Shown here in pieces: positions 1 to 10,465 of a stretch of 64,000 nt of DNA (its first letter is position 1; each line of letters opens with the position of its first letter). The notes under the pieces were generated by a model. It saw nothing but the letters and a program-made list of their open reading frames with translations, was not told the origin of the DNA and did not search any database. Source of the DNA: a virus (taxonomy: Duplodnaviria; Caudoviricetes); IMG/VR virus record IMGVR_UViG_3300033463_000070, positions 1-64,000 of that record; one strand, 5' to 3'. The position numbers and the translations under genes are program-made.

Positions 1-1
1 C

Positions 2-3000
2 AATACAGATGAATATATAGTAATAATAAATGATTTAGAAGAACATACATTTTCATTTCAATATAATGGAGATAAAAATCATAAAAAAAGTAATATAGTA
101 TCATTTACACTACAAACACAACCAATGCCAATAACTTTAACTTCTTCGTTAAATAATACAATAGAAAGAGAATATATTAATCAAGAAAATATAATCAAAG
201 GATATATTGATGATGTTTGGAGTATATATACTTCTACATATGACATAAATGGAGATAATATATATTTACCAATAAATATTAAAATATATGATAATGACCC
301 TATTCGAGAAGATGAAACAAATTCATTTGAAAATTATAATTTTAAATTGTTAAAATATAATAGCGAAAATAACAATAATCCAATTAAAGTATCAGTTGAA
401 CCACAACAAAATCAATATTATATTTTTAATGAAAATTTAATTGAATACTATATTAATGTTTGGCATTCTTATTATCAAGTTACACCAACATATGATTATA
501 CAAGTAAACAATCATACACTTTTGTAATTAATTTTTATGATGAAATCAGTGGAGAACCAACTACATATTTTGATAACAAAAATTCTAATATTATATTTAA
601 AAATGATGAAGATGATGTTTTAATAAATACATCATCAATTATTAATAATAGTAATATAACAATACAATACAATAATAATTTATTAGCATCAGAATATTTT
701 TTAGATTGGGAAATTCCTGAATTTATGATATCAAATATTGATATTATTAATATATTACCAAATATTCGAATAGAAAATGATTATATTTACGCAGCTGATG
801 GACCATGTATTCAACTTTTAAATAATCCTAATATCAGAACTACAATGATACGAATTCAAAGGATATATTATAATTATGACACAGACGAAATTTCTATTAT
901 AGAAGATGATGATTTATATTATCCACTCGAAATTGATGAAAATAATTATATTATAATTCCAGATGAATACAAACAGATTGGATTATATTTGCTTCGTATG
1001 GAAAATTATACAACACAAGAGGAATATGAATTAATTTATGAAATTGCTGTTCCATATTCATATTATTCTGAAAAAATATATGATAGACAGGAATTTTATA
1101 TAAAAATTTATGATAAAGAAGATTTTGATATAAATAATATTACAGATTATATTAAAATATTTGAGTATACCCAAGAATTAGAATATCAATGGCAAATTGA
1201 TGAAAATGATAATTTAATAATTATTGCAGATGTATCTCAAAATCCGGATTTTAAAGGTATTAATAAGTTTTGGATTAATATTAATGGATATGAACAAACA
1301 GAAGAATTTCAGTTATTATCTATCGAAGATATTATTACAGAAATAGATGAAGAAACCGGAGAAGAAACAGAAGAAATTATTTATGACGAAGGATATGAAA
1401 TTCTTAATGAAGTTGAATTAGGTATAAATGATATGGATATTGCTTGTTATAAATGGAATGTTAATCATATTGATGTTGCAATAACACATAATGGAAATAC
1501 TACTAATTATTCATTAGATAGTGATGATGAAGATTTCTTATTTACTCATAATTTTGAAAGCACTGGTGATTATAGTATAGCAATAACAGATTACGAAGAG
1601 ACAGTTGTTTTTAATTATACAATAACTGGAAATAATCTAAAAATACAAGATTTTAAATTTAAAGAAAATATACAATCCAATGAAGAACCAACAATGCTAA
1701 ATTGTTTAGGTTTTGGTTTTACTGGACAAGATAAAATTAACGAAGATATAACAATTGTGTTTTATTGTGATGACCCAAGTAATATTTTAACTACAAAAAT
1801 TATTAATGCTCAAGACTCACAATATCATATTTATACTGATATTAAATTTGAAGATTTACCAGAGGGACCACATACAATTTACGCATCATATAGTGGAGGA
1901 GAATATTATAATCCTTTTGTTGTATCAAAAGAAATATATAGACTTGGAATTACTCGAATTATATATGACAAAGAATATAATAGTATTGATATTGGAGAAT
2001 CTATTGAATTATCTTTATTAACATTAGATTCACGAAATAACATAGTTAATGAAGGATATTATATATATAATAATGAAATATATGGATTACATCAAAATAT
2101 AACTATTGCTCCTCAAGTTGTAGATGACCATTATACAGTGGTTATTTATTATAAAGGAGAAGGTGAATATGAAGATGCATCTGTTACTATTAACTATATT
2201 ATTAGAGGAGATATTTATGATTATTATGCAAGTTCTAGAATAGGAGACAATACAAATAATGGAGTATATCCTACTACAGCAGTACAAGATATTGATACAT
2301 TATTTACTATATCCCAACCTGAAGATTTATTGTGTTTAATGGCAGGAGAATATAATAAAAACACAATTAATAGAAGTGCAAATTTATATGGATATCATAA
2401 ACATAATTATCAAGATATAAAATTAACATGTTATAATATCGCTCCAAATGTTACATTAAGATTAAAAAATGTAATGTTAGACACCGGAAATGGTTTTACT
2501 TTTATTGATGGATTATATGAATTTGTAAATTCTTCAAATCAAACAGTAGCACTTAGTACAATTCCGGGAACTTATATAGAAACTCCAGATAAAATAGGTA
2601 CTTATGATATTAATATTCCAAGTGTTGTTAATATTACAGAAGGACAAACAGCAGTTTTAAATGGAATAATAACCAAGAATGATATACCTATTGAAGGAAA
2701 ATTGATTAAAGTATATCAAGGACAAATTGTTATTAAAGCTGGAATGAGTTTGTCTGATGGAAGTTTTAATATCATTTTAGATAATAATGAAACAGTAACA
2801 CTTACTTTAGAAGTTACTGACACTAAAAAAGATGTATTGGTTCGCAAAATTAATGAAATAAATATATTATTAAATGGAAATGAAGAAATACAAAATATAC
2901 AATCTCCAGATGTTATTATTGAAAACAATGAATTAATTGGAGGTGGAACTGGATATATTATTTCACAATGGAGTAATTTATCAAATTGGGAATTGGATTT

Positions 3001-4471
3001 TGATTGTTATACTGTTGATAACGGAGGAAATTCAGTTATTATAGTTAAAAATGGAATGACTGTTAGGGGTCAAAATATTATACAAATTCAACCTAATGGA
3101 AATGTATATGTATATTGGAATGCTAATGGCTCAAGTAAAAGTACAAGTTTTAGTATAGGACAAACAATATCAACTGACTCTGAAAATCCTACTCATTTTC
3201 ATATCGTTAAAATTGATGATAAAACTTTACAATTTAATGTAAATGATAATGATGCATATACATACAGTAATAATATTATAGGTAAATTTGCAAATATAGA
3301 TTGGTGTATTGGAATTGACCATTGGAATAATAATCGTAATAAAATGCGTATAAAAAACATTAATATTAAAGAACCTTTATATGAATCATTTTATACCAAT
3401 AGTAATAAAAAATTTACAATAAATAATAATACATTATTAAATTCAACTGGAAATGATGTACCTATAATAAAACCATTATTTGGTTCTATTCAAGCAGAAA
3501 CAAACAATCATCGTGGATATATATCAGAAGGTTTTAAAAATACTAAATTCTGGGAAATTAATTGTGTAGGAAAATGTAGTGGTAATGATTGTGCAATTAC
3601 TATTTACAATAAAGGAGTAGGATATTATGATTTTGATTGTGCTATTGTTTACAAATCAGGTAGAGTTGATACACTAAGTAAATCTGAAAGAAATAGTGGA
3701 GAAGGAGAAAGTTGTGGAGTAATATCAGATAGTGAATGGACTCCAATAAAAATTAAAAGAATATCTTCAAAAACAATTTGTGTTAAAATCGGAGATGAAC
3801 CAGAAACATATACAATTTGGGATAATTTACCTATTTATGAAGAGTTATGTGTAGGAGTTCAATCTTGGACTTATAATAATATATCACAAGTACGTGAAAT
3901 AAAAGTAGATAATATTTATAGTGAACCTGAGAATATATTATTTGAAGACATCGGAGTTAATATTACTGATTTTAGTCAATACCAAGTTGATAATGGTGTA
4001 ACTTTATCATCAGATAAAAATTACACAATTGCTACATGGAAGAGTGGAACTCAACAAAGAATTCTTATTCCATGTGTGCTTGACACAAATAAAAATTGGG
4101 AAATGAGTTGGCAAGATTTTAGTAATAATGTTACTTGTGTATCTGTATGTAATACTGATGGTGAATACTATCAGAATGAAATATTTGATATTAATCGTAC
4201 TAATAATGTTAGAATGGTTTATTATAATCCTGAAACACAAAGTACAACTGAATTTAGAAGTATTAATAATTATGTGGGTTTAGGACCGGGTTCATGGATT
4301 AAAATAAAATATATTAATAAGATTATGAAGGTGTATGTTAACGGTTATTTCATATATGAAGCTAATTACGATTTTGATGATTATATTCAAATAGCATTTA
4401 ATGTTAGAGATAGAAATGCAACATTACAACGTTGGAGAAATTTAAAAATTATTGAATTACTAGAGGAATAA
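2..4471 (+). CDS. Large acidic adhesin-like/tail-fibre protein, 5'-partial; Ig-like domains plus three C-terminal lectin-like beta-sandwich modules
   Basis: The frame is open from base 2 (NTDEYIVIIND...QTQP) into the listed ATG at 125, so the gene starts upstream of the window. C-terminal modules begin GYIISQWSNLSNWELDF, GYISEGFKNTKFWEINC and ILIPCVLDTNKNWEMSW. Confidence 0.6.
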   Translation, partial: NTDEYIVIINDLEEHTFSFQYNGDKNHKKSNIVSFTLQTQPMPITLTSSLNNTIEREYINQENIIKGYIDDVWSIYTSTYDINGDNIYLPINIKIYDNDPIREDETNSFENYNFKLLKYNSENNNNPIKVSVEPQQNQYYIFNENLIEYYINVWHSYYQVTPTYDYTSKQSYTFVINFYDEISGEPTTYFDNKNSNIIFKNDEDDVLINTSSIINNSNITIQYNNNLLASEYFLDWEIPEFMISNIDIINILPNIRIENDYIYAADGPCIQLLNNPNIRTTMIRIQRIYYNYDTDEISIIEDDDLYYPLEIDENNYIIIPDEYKQIGLYLLRMENYTTQEEYELIYEIAVPYSYYSEKIYDRQEFYIKIYDKEDFDINNITDYIKIFEYTQELEYQWQIDENDNLIIIADVSQNPDFKGINKFWININGYEQTEEFQLLSIEDIITEIDEETGEETEEIIYDEGYEILNEVELGINDMDIACYKWNVNHIDVAITHNGNTTNYSLDSDDEDFLFTHNFESTGDYSIAITDYEETVVFNYTITGNNLKIQDFKFKENIQSNEEPTMLNCLGFGFTGQDKINEDITIVFYCDDPSNILTTKIINAQDSQYHIYTDIKFEDLPEGPHTIYASYSGGEYYNPFVVSKEIYRLGITRIIYDKEYNSIDIGESIELSLLTLDSRNNIVNEGYYIYNNEIYGLHQNITIAPQVVDDHYTVVIYYKGEGEYEDASVTINYIIRGDIYDYYASSRIGDNTNNGVYPTTAVQDIDTLFTISQPEDLLCLMAGEYNKNTINRSANLYGYHKHNYQDIKLTCYNIAPNVTLRLKNVMLDTGNGFTFIDGLYEFVNSSNQTVALSTIPGTYIETPDKIGTYDINIPSVVNITEGQTAVLNGIITKNDIPIEGKLIKVYQGQIVIKAGMSLSDGSFNIILDNNETVTLTLEVTDTKKDVLVRKINEINILLNGNEEIQNIQSPDVIIENNELIGGGTGYIISQWSNLSNWELDFDCYTVDNGGNSVIIVKNGMTVRGQNIIQIQPNGNVYVYWNANGSSKSTSFSIGQTISTDSENPTHFHIVKIDDKTLQFNVNDNDAYTYSNNIIGKFANIDWCIGIDHWNNNRNKMRIKNINIKEPLYESFYTNSNKKFTINNNTLLNSTGNDVPIIKPLFGSIQAETNNHRGYISEGFKNTKFWEINCVGKCSGNDCAITIYNKGVGYYDFDCAIVYKSGRVDTLSKSERNSGEGESCGVISDSEWTPIKIKRISSKTICVKIGDEPETYTIWDNLPIYEELCVGVQSWTYNNISQVREIKVDNIYSEPENILFEDIGVNITDFSQYQVDNGVTLSSDKNYTIATWKSGTQQRILIPCVLDTNKNWEMSWQDFSNNVTCVSVCNTDGEYYQNEIFDINRTNNVRMVYYNPETQSTTEFRSINNYVGLGPGSWIKIKYINKIMKVYVNGYFIYEANYDFDDYIQIAFNVRDRNATLQRWRNLKIIELLEE

Positions 4472-4473
4472 TT

Positions 4474-5151
4474 ATGAGATTCAGTAAAGAAGAAATGAAT
4501 AAAGCAAGTAAAACAATTAGAGCTTATTTGAAAAAGAATAATAAGTATCCTGCTAGTGTTACAATGACCGAAATGGATACTAAAAAAAGCAAGAAATTAA
4601 GTAAGAAACAATATATGGGATTATTTGAAGCAGAAAACGTTTTTAGAATAAAAAAAGGAAGACAACCAAACTATGTTACATTAGTCGGAACAGCTTCAAA
4701 CCCACTTGTAATTGATTACCAAGACTGGTCAATGTCTTGCTGCCCTACTTCCTTAAGTATGTGTAGTCAAATGTTATTTAACTACAAATCAGAAGCACAA
4801 TGCAGAACAGCACTTGGTACAGACAAAAAAGCAGGAACCAGTCCAAGTCAATTAGTATCCGGAGCAAAAAAATTAGGATTTAAAGTAACACCGGTAAAAA
4901 GAACAGCAGCGAACATTAAAGCAGCTTTAGCAAAAAAGAAACCATTAATTATCCATTTAGAAACTAAACCAGCAACATGTTTAGGTTATGCTAAAAATTA
5001 TGGACACTATGTATGTGGATATGCATTAACCAAAGATGGTAAAATTAAAATCGCAGACCCAACTAAAGGTTTAAAAACTTGCTCTATTAGTACAATAGTT
5101 AAAGCAACAAATGGAAGAGATTTAAAATTTTATATAGTTGAATTGGCTTAA
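4474..5151 (+). CDS. Pseudomurein endoisopeptidase, PeiR-like (pseudomurein-binding repeat region + C39-like peptidase)
   Basis: Basic N-terminal PMBR-like segments (KKNNKYPASVTM, KKGRQPNYVTL); papain-fold motifs QDWSMSCCP (Gln, Cys), NYGHY (His) and IADP (Asp). Confidence 0.8.
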   Translation: MRFSKEEMNKASKTIRAYLKKNNKYPASVTMTEMDTKKSKKLSKKQYMGLFEAENVFRIKKGRQPNYVTLVGTASNPLVIDYQDWSMSCCPTSLSMCSQMLFNYKSEAQCRTALGTDKKAGTSPSQLVSGAKKLGFKVTPVKRTAANIKAALAKKKPLIIHLETKPATCLGYAKNYGHYVCGYALTKDGKIKIADPTKGLKTCSISTIVKATNGRDLKFYIVELA

Positions 5152-5155
5152 GAAA

Positions 5156-7126
5156 ATGACTAGAATAGAAACTGAAGTATACAAGCAAGCAGCTGATGAT
5201 TTAATTGGTCTTCGGGTTGTCGTAATAGATAATCAAGAAAGACCAATAAATAATATTATTGTTGTTCAGCCAGAAGATTTAATTAGAATAGAAAATAATT
5301 TAGTTAATCACAATCATGATGAAAGATATGTCAGTATTGAATCAGTTAGTACACGTATTCGTGAAATAGCTGAAGAATTATTTGCAACTGTTGCTAGACA
5401 AGAATATCGTCCACCAACTTTTTATGTTGAAGATGATGGTGATTTTTATGTTGAATATCATGAAGGTGAATTAGTAGTTCATGATGTTATCAATATTGAA
5501 TTAGACAGTAGACATATCACTACTTATAATGGTAATTTTACTATTACAGGTTTGGTAACAAATAATGATGAACCATTATTAAATCGTGATGTATTGCTTT
5601 ATAATTTAAATGATACTTCAGAACATTATTTCGCCAAAACAGATTTACATGGAATAATAACATTCAATTTGTCATTAAATGTGCCAATTAAAAATTATAG
5701 AGTATCAACTTCGGGAACTTTTACGGATGTAGAAATTGTTTATACAAAATATGATATAGAAAATGAAGTAGGTACAATAGCAAATGAGCAAGGAGAAGCT
5801 ACCATATCAGCTGTATTGAAAAATTGGAATAATACAGTTGAAGGTGAAACAATTGAATTGTTATTGAATGATACAGTTATTGATAGTGATACTACTGATG
5901 AAAATGGTGAAGTGAGTTTTGATGTTATTGTTGATGAAACTACATGGTATAAATTAAAATTTACGAAACCAAATAATGAAGAAATTAAGAAAGATTTTGG
6001 AATACAATATCATGCACAAAAAACTTATCATTTTAAATTGGATGGAACAGAATCATATCGTAATATTAATTCTAATGCATTACGGTTTATTGAAGAAGAT
6101 GGCGAAAATGTAATGACAGGATATACTGGATATATTGATGAAATTTCATGGTCAAATAATTATCTGTGGACTTTTGAATGTGATGTAAAAATATCAGGAA
6201 AGGGTTCAGGCATATGGCTTGTGCAAAATGGAGATACAAGTCGTGATAAATTTGATATATATATAGCACAAACAGATAATAATGGTTGTTGTCAAATAAT
6301 ATGTCATCATGGTGGTGGCAGGGTTTTTGCTGTAAATCTTGTTGATGAAAATTCAGAATATATATTATTTAATGAATATAAACATGTTGTTTTTAGAAAA
6401 ACAAGTTATGATACAATTGAAGTAGAAATAGATGGGTATATTGCATTTACACGACAAAGTGTATATCTTGAAGCGATTGCTAACCATTGTCTTGGTATTA
6501 CATATTGGACTGATAATCATGTTACATACATTAAAAATGCTACAATTACTTATTATCCTTTGATAAATCCAGTTTTAAAAAATACATATCATCCACTATT
6601 AGATGGAACAGAGCAATTAACAAGCATATGGACTTGTACTCCAGTTATACATGATAATCAATTAGATAATTTTTGGGATTTTTGTAGCGGTTATCTTACT
6701 GAAGGTTGGTTAAATACTGATTATTGGAAACTAGAATTTGAAATAATTAGAAATACTGATAGCGATAAAGGTTGTGGTTGTCAAATAACAAAAAAAGGAA
6801 TTACATCAAAAGATAGTAATAGATTATTTATTGGAAGCCAAGGAACTTTTACAGTTCATGGAGTCAACGGTAGAGAGCTTGAAGATGGTGCTTATAATTC
6901 ATGCGCTTATAATAGTTTGACTGAGTGGACTAAAATAACTGTAGAAAAAGTAGGACCACGAGCAGTATTAATAACAACAAAAACACCTACATGTGAACAA
7001 ACAAGAAGATTACCTTGGCCATCAATGCCTCAATACGAATATCTTACAATTGGTCCGTATTGCTGGGCTAAATCAGGTTGTAGAATGCGAAACATTTATG
7101 CATATACTTCACTCGAAAACATTTAA
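5156..7126 (+). CDS. Fibre/adhesin protein: MTRIET N-terminal module, Ig-like domains, two lectin-like beta-sandwich modules
   Basis: ATG at 5156 follows the previous stop (the listed 5138 start is an upstream TTG). Modules GYIDEISWSNNYLWTFEC and GYLTEGWLNTDYWKLEFE resemble those of the first ORF. Confidence 0.6.
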   Translation: MTRIETEVYKQAADDLIGLRVVVIDNQERPINNIIVVQPEDLIRIENNLVNHNHDERYVSIESVSTRIREIAEELFATVARQEYRPPTFYVEDDGDFYVEYHEGELVVHDVINIELDSRHITTYNGNFTITGLVTNNDEPLLNRDVLLYNLNDTSEHYFAKTDLHGIITFNLSLNVPIKNYRVSTSGTFTDVEIVYTKYDIENEVGTIANEQGEATISAVLKNWNNTVEGETIELLLNDTVIDSDTTDENGEVSFDVIVDETTWYKLKFTKPNNEEIKKDFGIQYHAQKTYHFKLDGTESYRNINSNALRFIEEDGENVMTGYTGYIDEISWSNNYLWTFECDVKISGKGSGIWLVQNGDTSRDKFDIYIAQTDNNGCCQIICHHGGGRVFAVNLVDENSEYILFNEYKHVVFRKTSYDTIEVEIDGYIAFTRQSVYLEAIANHCLGITYWTDNHVTYIKNATITYYPLINPVLKNTYHPLLDGTEQLTSIWTCTPVIHDNQLDNFWDFCSGYLTEGWLNTDYWKLEFEIIRNTDSDKGCGCQITKKGITSKDSNRLFIGSQGTFTVHGVNGRELEDGAYNSCAYNSLTEWTKITVEKVGPRAVLITTKTPTCEQTRRLPWPSMPQYEYLTIGPYCWAKSGCRMRNIYAYTSLENI

Positions 7127-7145
7127 ATACAATAGAATAAAGACA

Positions 7146-7451
7146 ATGACACGAATAGAAACAAAATTATATAGGCAAGATGCCGATGATTTAGTAGGCG
7201 TAAAAGTAATAGTTTACGATGACAACAACCAAGAAATCGAAAATGTCATCGTAGTCGACGAATATGACTTTAATCGCTTACAAAATAACTTAATTAATCA
7301 CGACCATGACCAAAGATATATTAAACCAGACCAAATAGACCAAGTAATATATCCATTGGCCGAAGAAATAATAAATCAAGTAGTTCAAACTTATTACTTC
7401 CCTACTTTCTTTCTTGAAGACAATGGGGATTTATACATGAAATATAGGTGA
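7146..7451 (+). CDS. Stand-alone paralogue of the ~100-aa N-terminal module of 5156..7126
   Basis: MTRIETKLYRQDADDLVGVKVIVYD...NNLINHDHDQRY...PTFFLEDNGDLY aligns with MTRIETEVYKQAADDLIGLRVVVID...NNLVNHNHDERY...PTFYVEDDGDFY. ATG at 7146. Confidence 0.8.
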   Translation: MTRIETKLYRQDADDLVGVKVIVYDDNNQEIENVIVVDEYDFNRLQNNLINHDHDQRYIKPDQIDQVIYPLAEEIINQVVQTYYFPTFFLEDNGDLYMKYR

Positions 7452-7457
7452 AAAAAA

Positions 7458-8249
7458 ATGACAGCAACATTATTAGGAAATATTAAAGGCCCAAAAGGTG
7501 ATGACGGAAATGGAATAGCAAGTATAACACAATTCTCCACTTCCACAAATAACAGTACAGGTGTAACAACCACCACATATCAAATCACATATACAGAAGC
7601 AGGTAAATCACCAGCTTATTTTGAAGTATTATCAGGAGCAACAGGAGCTCAAGGTATACAAGGTCCAAAAGGAGACGATGGAGAAGGATTCTCAATCGCA
7701 CAAACATACGCAAGCGTATCAGCAATGAATGCAGACGCAGAAAACGTAGACGAAGGACAATTCGTATTAATAGCTTCAGCACAAGGAGCAGAAGATGAAG
7801 ATAACGCAAAACTCTATGTAAAAGGAGAATCAAGTTTTACATTCCTAACTGACCTATCAGGTGCACAAGGTATTCAAGGTGTAGGAGTATCAACTATCAC
7901 AGCCGGAACAACCTCCGGAACAGCAGGAAACGGACAAACAAGAACCTACAACGTCAATTTAACAAACAATACAGTAGGTGGACAAATAACTGTACAAGAT
8001 GGAGTTAAAGGAGATACAGGAAACGGAATATCAGCAATAACGGGACCAGTATCTAACGGATTAGTAGATACATACACTATAACTTACACAAATGGTGGCT
8101 CAGACACATTCACAGTAACTAATGGAGCAACCGGACAAACAGGAGCCACAGGACAAACAGGACAAACAGGACCACAAGGATTAACCCCACAATTAACATT
8201 AGACGAAAACGGAAACTTATACGTCGAATATGTACAAAGTATAAGCTAG
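7458..8249 (+). CDS. Collagen-like (Gly-X-Y) fibre protein
   Basis: GPKGDDG, GATGAQGIQGPKGDDG and GATGQTGATGQTGQTGPQG; a FSIAQTYASVSAMNA...EDEDNAKLYVK...FLTDLSGAQG module of the kind found in phage collagen fibres; C-terminal PQLTLDENGNLYVEY. Confidence 0.8.
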   Translation: MTATLLGNIKGPKGDDGNGIASITQFSTSTNNSTGVTTTTYQITYTEAGKSPAYFEVLSGATGAQGIQGPKGDDGEGFSIAQTYASVSAMNADAENVDEGQFVLIASAQGAEDEDNAKLYVKGESSFTFLTDLSGAQGIQGVGVSTITAGTTSGTAGNGQTRTYNVNLTNNTVGGQITVQDGVKGDTGNGISAITGPVSNGLVDTYTITYTNGGSDTFTVTNGATGQTGATGQTGQTGPQGLTPQLTLDENGNLYVEYVQSIS

Positions 8250-8256
8250 TGATAAA

Positions 8257-8682
8257 ATGGCACTTTATATGCTACAAGAATTAAAAGAAAAAATGCAAGA
8301 ATACTTCTACACAAAAGAAGAAATAAATCAAATTTTATCAGAAATTATTGAAGAACCAATAAATACACAAATTATCCATATAACGGCAACAACAAATCCA
8401 GATGAAATATCCGGAGAATTAACAGATATGGATGATAACCCAATATCAGGAAAAACCATTATAGCACATATATATGACGAAGGAGAAAATGATGAAACCC
8501 AAATAGCTACTACAAATAATTCTGGAATTTTTTCTTTTACAACATTTGATTTATCAGAAATAATGGATACATCACAAAATACTGGAAATCTTTCGAATTT
8601 ATATTGTGATATATCATATGCTGGAGATGGTATATATAATGGTTGTTCTGAACATTGTCAAATGGCTCAGATGTTTTTATAG
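8257..8682 (+). CDS. Small virion protein with Ig-like fold and shared KEKMQEYFY N-terminal module
   Basis: SD-like gtgat before ATG; N-terminus LKEKMQEYFYTKEE is nearly identical to the next ORF; Big-type motif GELTDMDDNPISGKTI...TTNNSG. Confidence 0.55.
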   Translation: MALYMLQELKEKMQEYFYTKEEINQILSEIIEEPINTQIIHITATTNPDEISGELTDMDDNPISGKTIIAHIYDEGENDETQIATTNNSGIFSFTTFDLSEIMDTSQNTGNLSNLYCDISYAGDGIYNGCSEHCQMAQMFL

Positions 8683-8691
8683 GGTGATGAA

Positions 8692-9624
8692 ATGACAGTA
8701 TATTTGTTTACAAAAATGAAAGAAAAAATGCAAGAATACTTTTATCCTAAAGAAGAAACTTATTCTAAAAGCGAAACATATTCTCAAACACAAGCTGATA
8801 ATAAATTTGCATCATATAATCATACTCATGATAAATATTCTCATCCTACAAGTGGAGTTCAAGCGAATACTACTCCAAGTTTAAAAAAAATTGCATATGA
8901 TGATATGGGTCATATTACAGATGTAGATGATATAAATATTAATGAATTAACTATTACAGATGCAGATGTTAATTTAGATAATTATTGTACAAAAGAATAT
9001 ATAGAAAATAATTTTATAACAAAACAAGATATAAATAATGAATTAAATTTTTATAAAAATATATTAAAAATAAATTGTGATTTTAATGATATTATTATTT
9101 TAGATGTTGGTCCACAAGGATATAATATTCCTGATATAGATAAAGGCAAAATTATTGCAAAATATTACGATGAAGATGAATATGTATATGTAAAAGAAGA
9201 TAATACATTATATTATGTAGAAAACCATGATGATTATGGGAATGGAGAATCAAAAATCTTAAATCCTTTTAGTAATGAAAACAATTTTAACAAATTAAAT
9301 AAAGTAGCTCATATAGTTATGGACCCTTATTTAACACAAGATATTAGTAATGATGGAAAAACAATATCTGGATATTTAAAAAGTTATTTGGGATTTGTAT
9401 TACCACATAGAACTCTTTATGTTACAATTATAAATACACATGGTGGAGAAGATTCTCAAGTAAAAAATAAAGCTATCACAACAAATAACGAAGGAAAATA
9501 TGAGTATACATACAATGACCCTGACCAACATCCACAAACTTTTAATAATGTTCATTATTATGAGATTCGATTTGATGGGGATATTGTATATAATCCAACA
9601 ATAATAACAAAACAGGAAGATTAA
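8692..9624 (+). CDS. Fibre-associated protein (KEKMQEYFY module, HTH-D knot, C-terminal Ig-like domain)
   Basis: SD GGGTGA; MKEKMQEYFYPKEETYSKSETYSQTQADNKFASYNHTHD; C-terminal TTNNEGKY...FDGDIVYNP. Confidence 0.55.
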   Translation: MTVYLFTKMKEKMQEYFYPKEETYSKSETYSQTQADNKFASYNHTHDKYSHPTSGVQANTTPSLKKIAYDDMGHITDVDDININELTITDADVNLDNYCTKEYIENNFITKQDINNELNFYKNILKINCDFNDIIILDVGPQGYNIPDIDKGKIIAKYYDEDEYVYVKEDNTLYYVENHDDYGNGESKILNPFSNENNFNKLNKVAHIVMDPYLTQDISNDGKTISGYLKSYLGFVLPHRTLYVTIINTHGGEDSQVKNKAITTNNEGKYEYTYNDPDQHPQTFNNVHYYEIRFDGDIVYNPTIITKQED

Positions 9625-9625
9625 A

Positions 9626-10465
9626 ATGTGCACATCACTACATTACCAAAACTGCATGGGCAGAAACTTTGATTACGAAATTTCTTACAAAGAAGCTTGC
9701 AGAATTCATGACAAAGAAAAATACAAAATTATCGGTATGGTCACCGATATCATACAAGAATATCCACTCTATTACGATGCAATGAATGAATGCGGTTTAT
9801 GTATAGCCGGATTAAACTTTGAAGGCAATGCATACTACAACAAATACAAAAAAGAAAATAAAAACAATATCGCACCATGGGAACTGCCAGTCAAAGTTTT
9901 AGGTAACTGTAGAAATGTTATGGAAGCCAAACAATATCTTGAAGATGTTTGGATTTATGATAAGAATTTTAATGAACAAATGCCTAATTCCTCGCTTCAT
10001 TGGATGATATGTGATAAAAATTTTTGTATCACAGTTGAACCAATGAAAGATGGGCTTAAAATATATAATAATGAAGTTGGTGTTTTAACCAACAATCCTC
10101 CTTTCCCGGCTCAATTAAAAGCATACAGAAGAAGTAAAAAAATCGAATCTTTATATAAAAAACTCTATAAGAAATTACTCAAAAAAGAATATTCAACTCG
10201 GGGAACTGAAACACTTGGCGTGGCAGGCGACTTAACCAGTATGAGCAGGTTTGAAAGAGCCTGTTATTACAAAGACAAAATGATATCAAAAGGCAAGCAA
10301 GCAAGCGAGACATTTCATCTTCTTGATTTGGTGAAGCAACCGTATGGGGCTACACCAGTTGGGGATAAATTTGAATATACTATTTATGAAGTTGTTTATG
10401 ATATGAAGGAAGGAAGCATGCAAGTAAAAAATTATGATAATGAGGTTTATGAGAGGAGGTTGTAG
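9626..10465 (+). CDS. bsh: Choloylglycine hydrolase family Ntn-hydrolase (bile salt hydrolase / penicillin V acylase-like)
   Basis: N-terminal nucleophile Cys2 (MCT), GRNFDY, YPLYYDAMNECGL, GLNF, VGVLTNNPPF, SRFER and KFEYTIY are all CBAH hallmarks. Confidence 0.9.
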   Translation: MCTSLHYQNCMGRNFDYEISYKEACRIHDKEKYKIIGMVTDIIQEYPLYYDAMNECGLCIAGLNFEGNAYYNKYKKENKNNIAPWELPVKVLGNCRNVMEAKQYLEDVWIYDKNFNEQMPNSSLHWMICDKNFCITVEPMKDGLKIYNNEVGVLTNNPPFPAQLKAYRRSKKIESLYKKLYKKLLKKEYSTRGTETLGVAGDLTSMSRFERACYYKDKMISKGKQASETFHLLDLVKQPYGATPVGDKFEYTIYEVVYDMKEGSMQVKNYDNEVYERRL

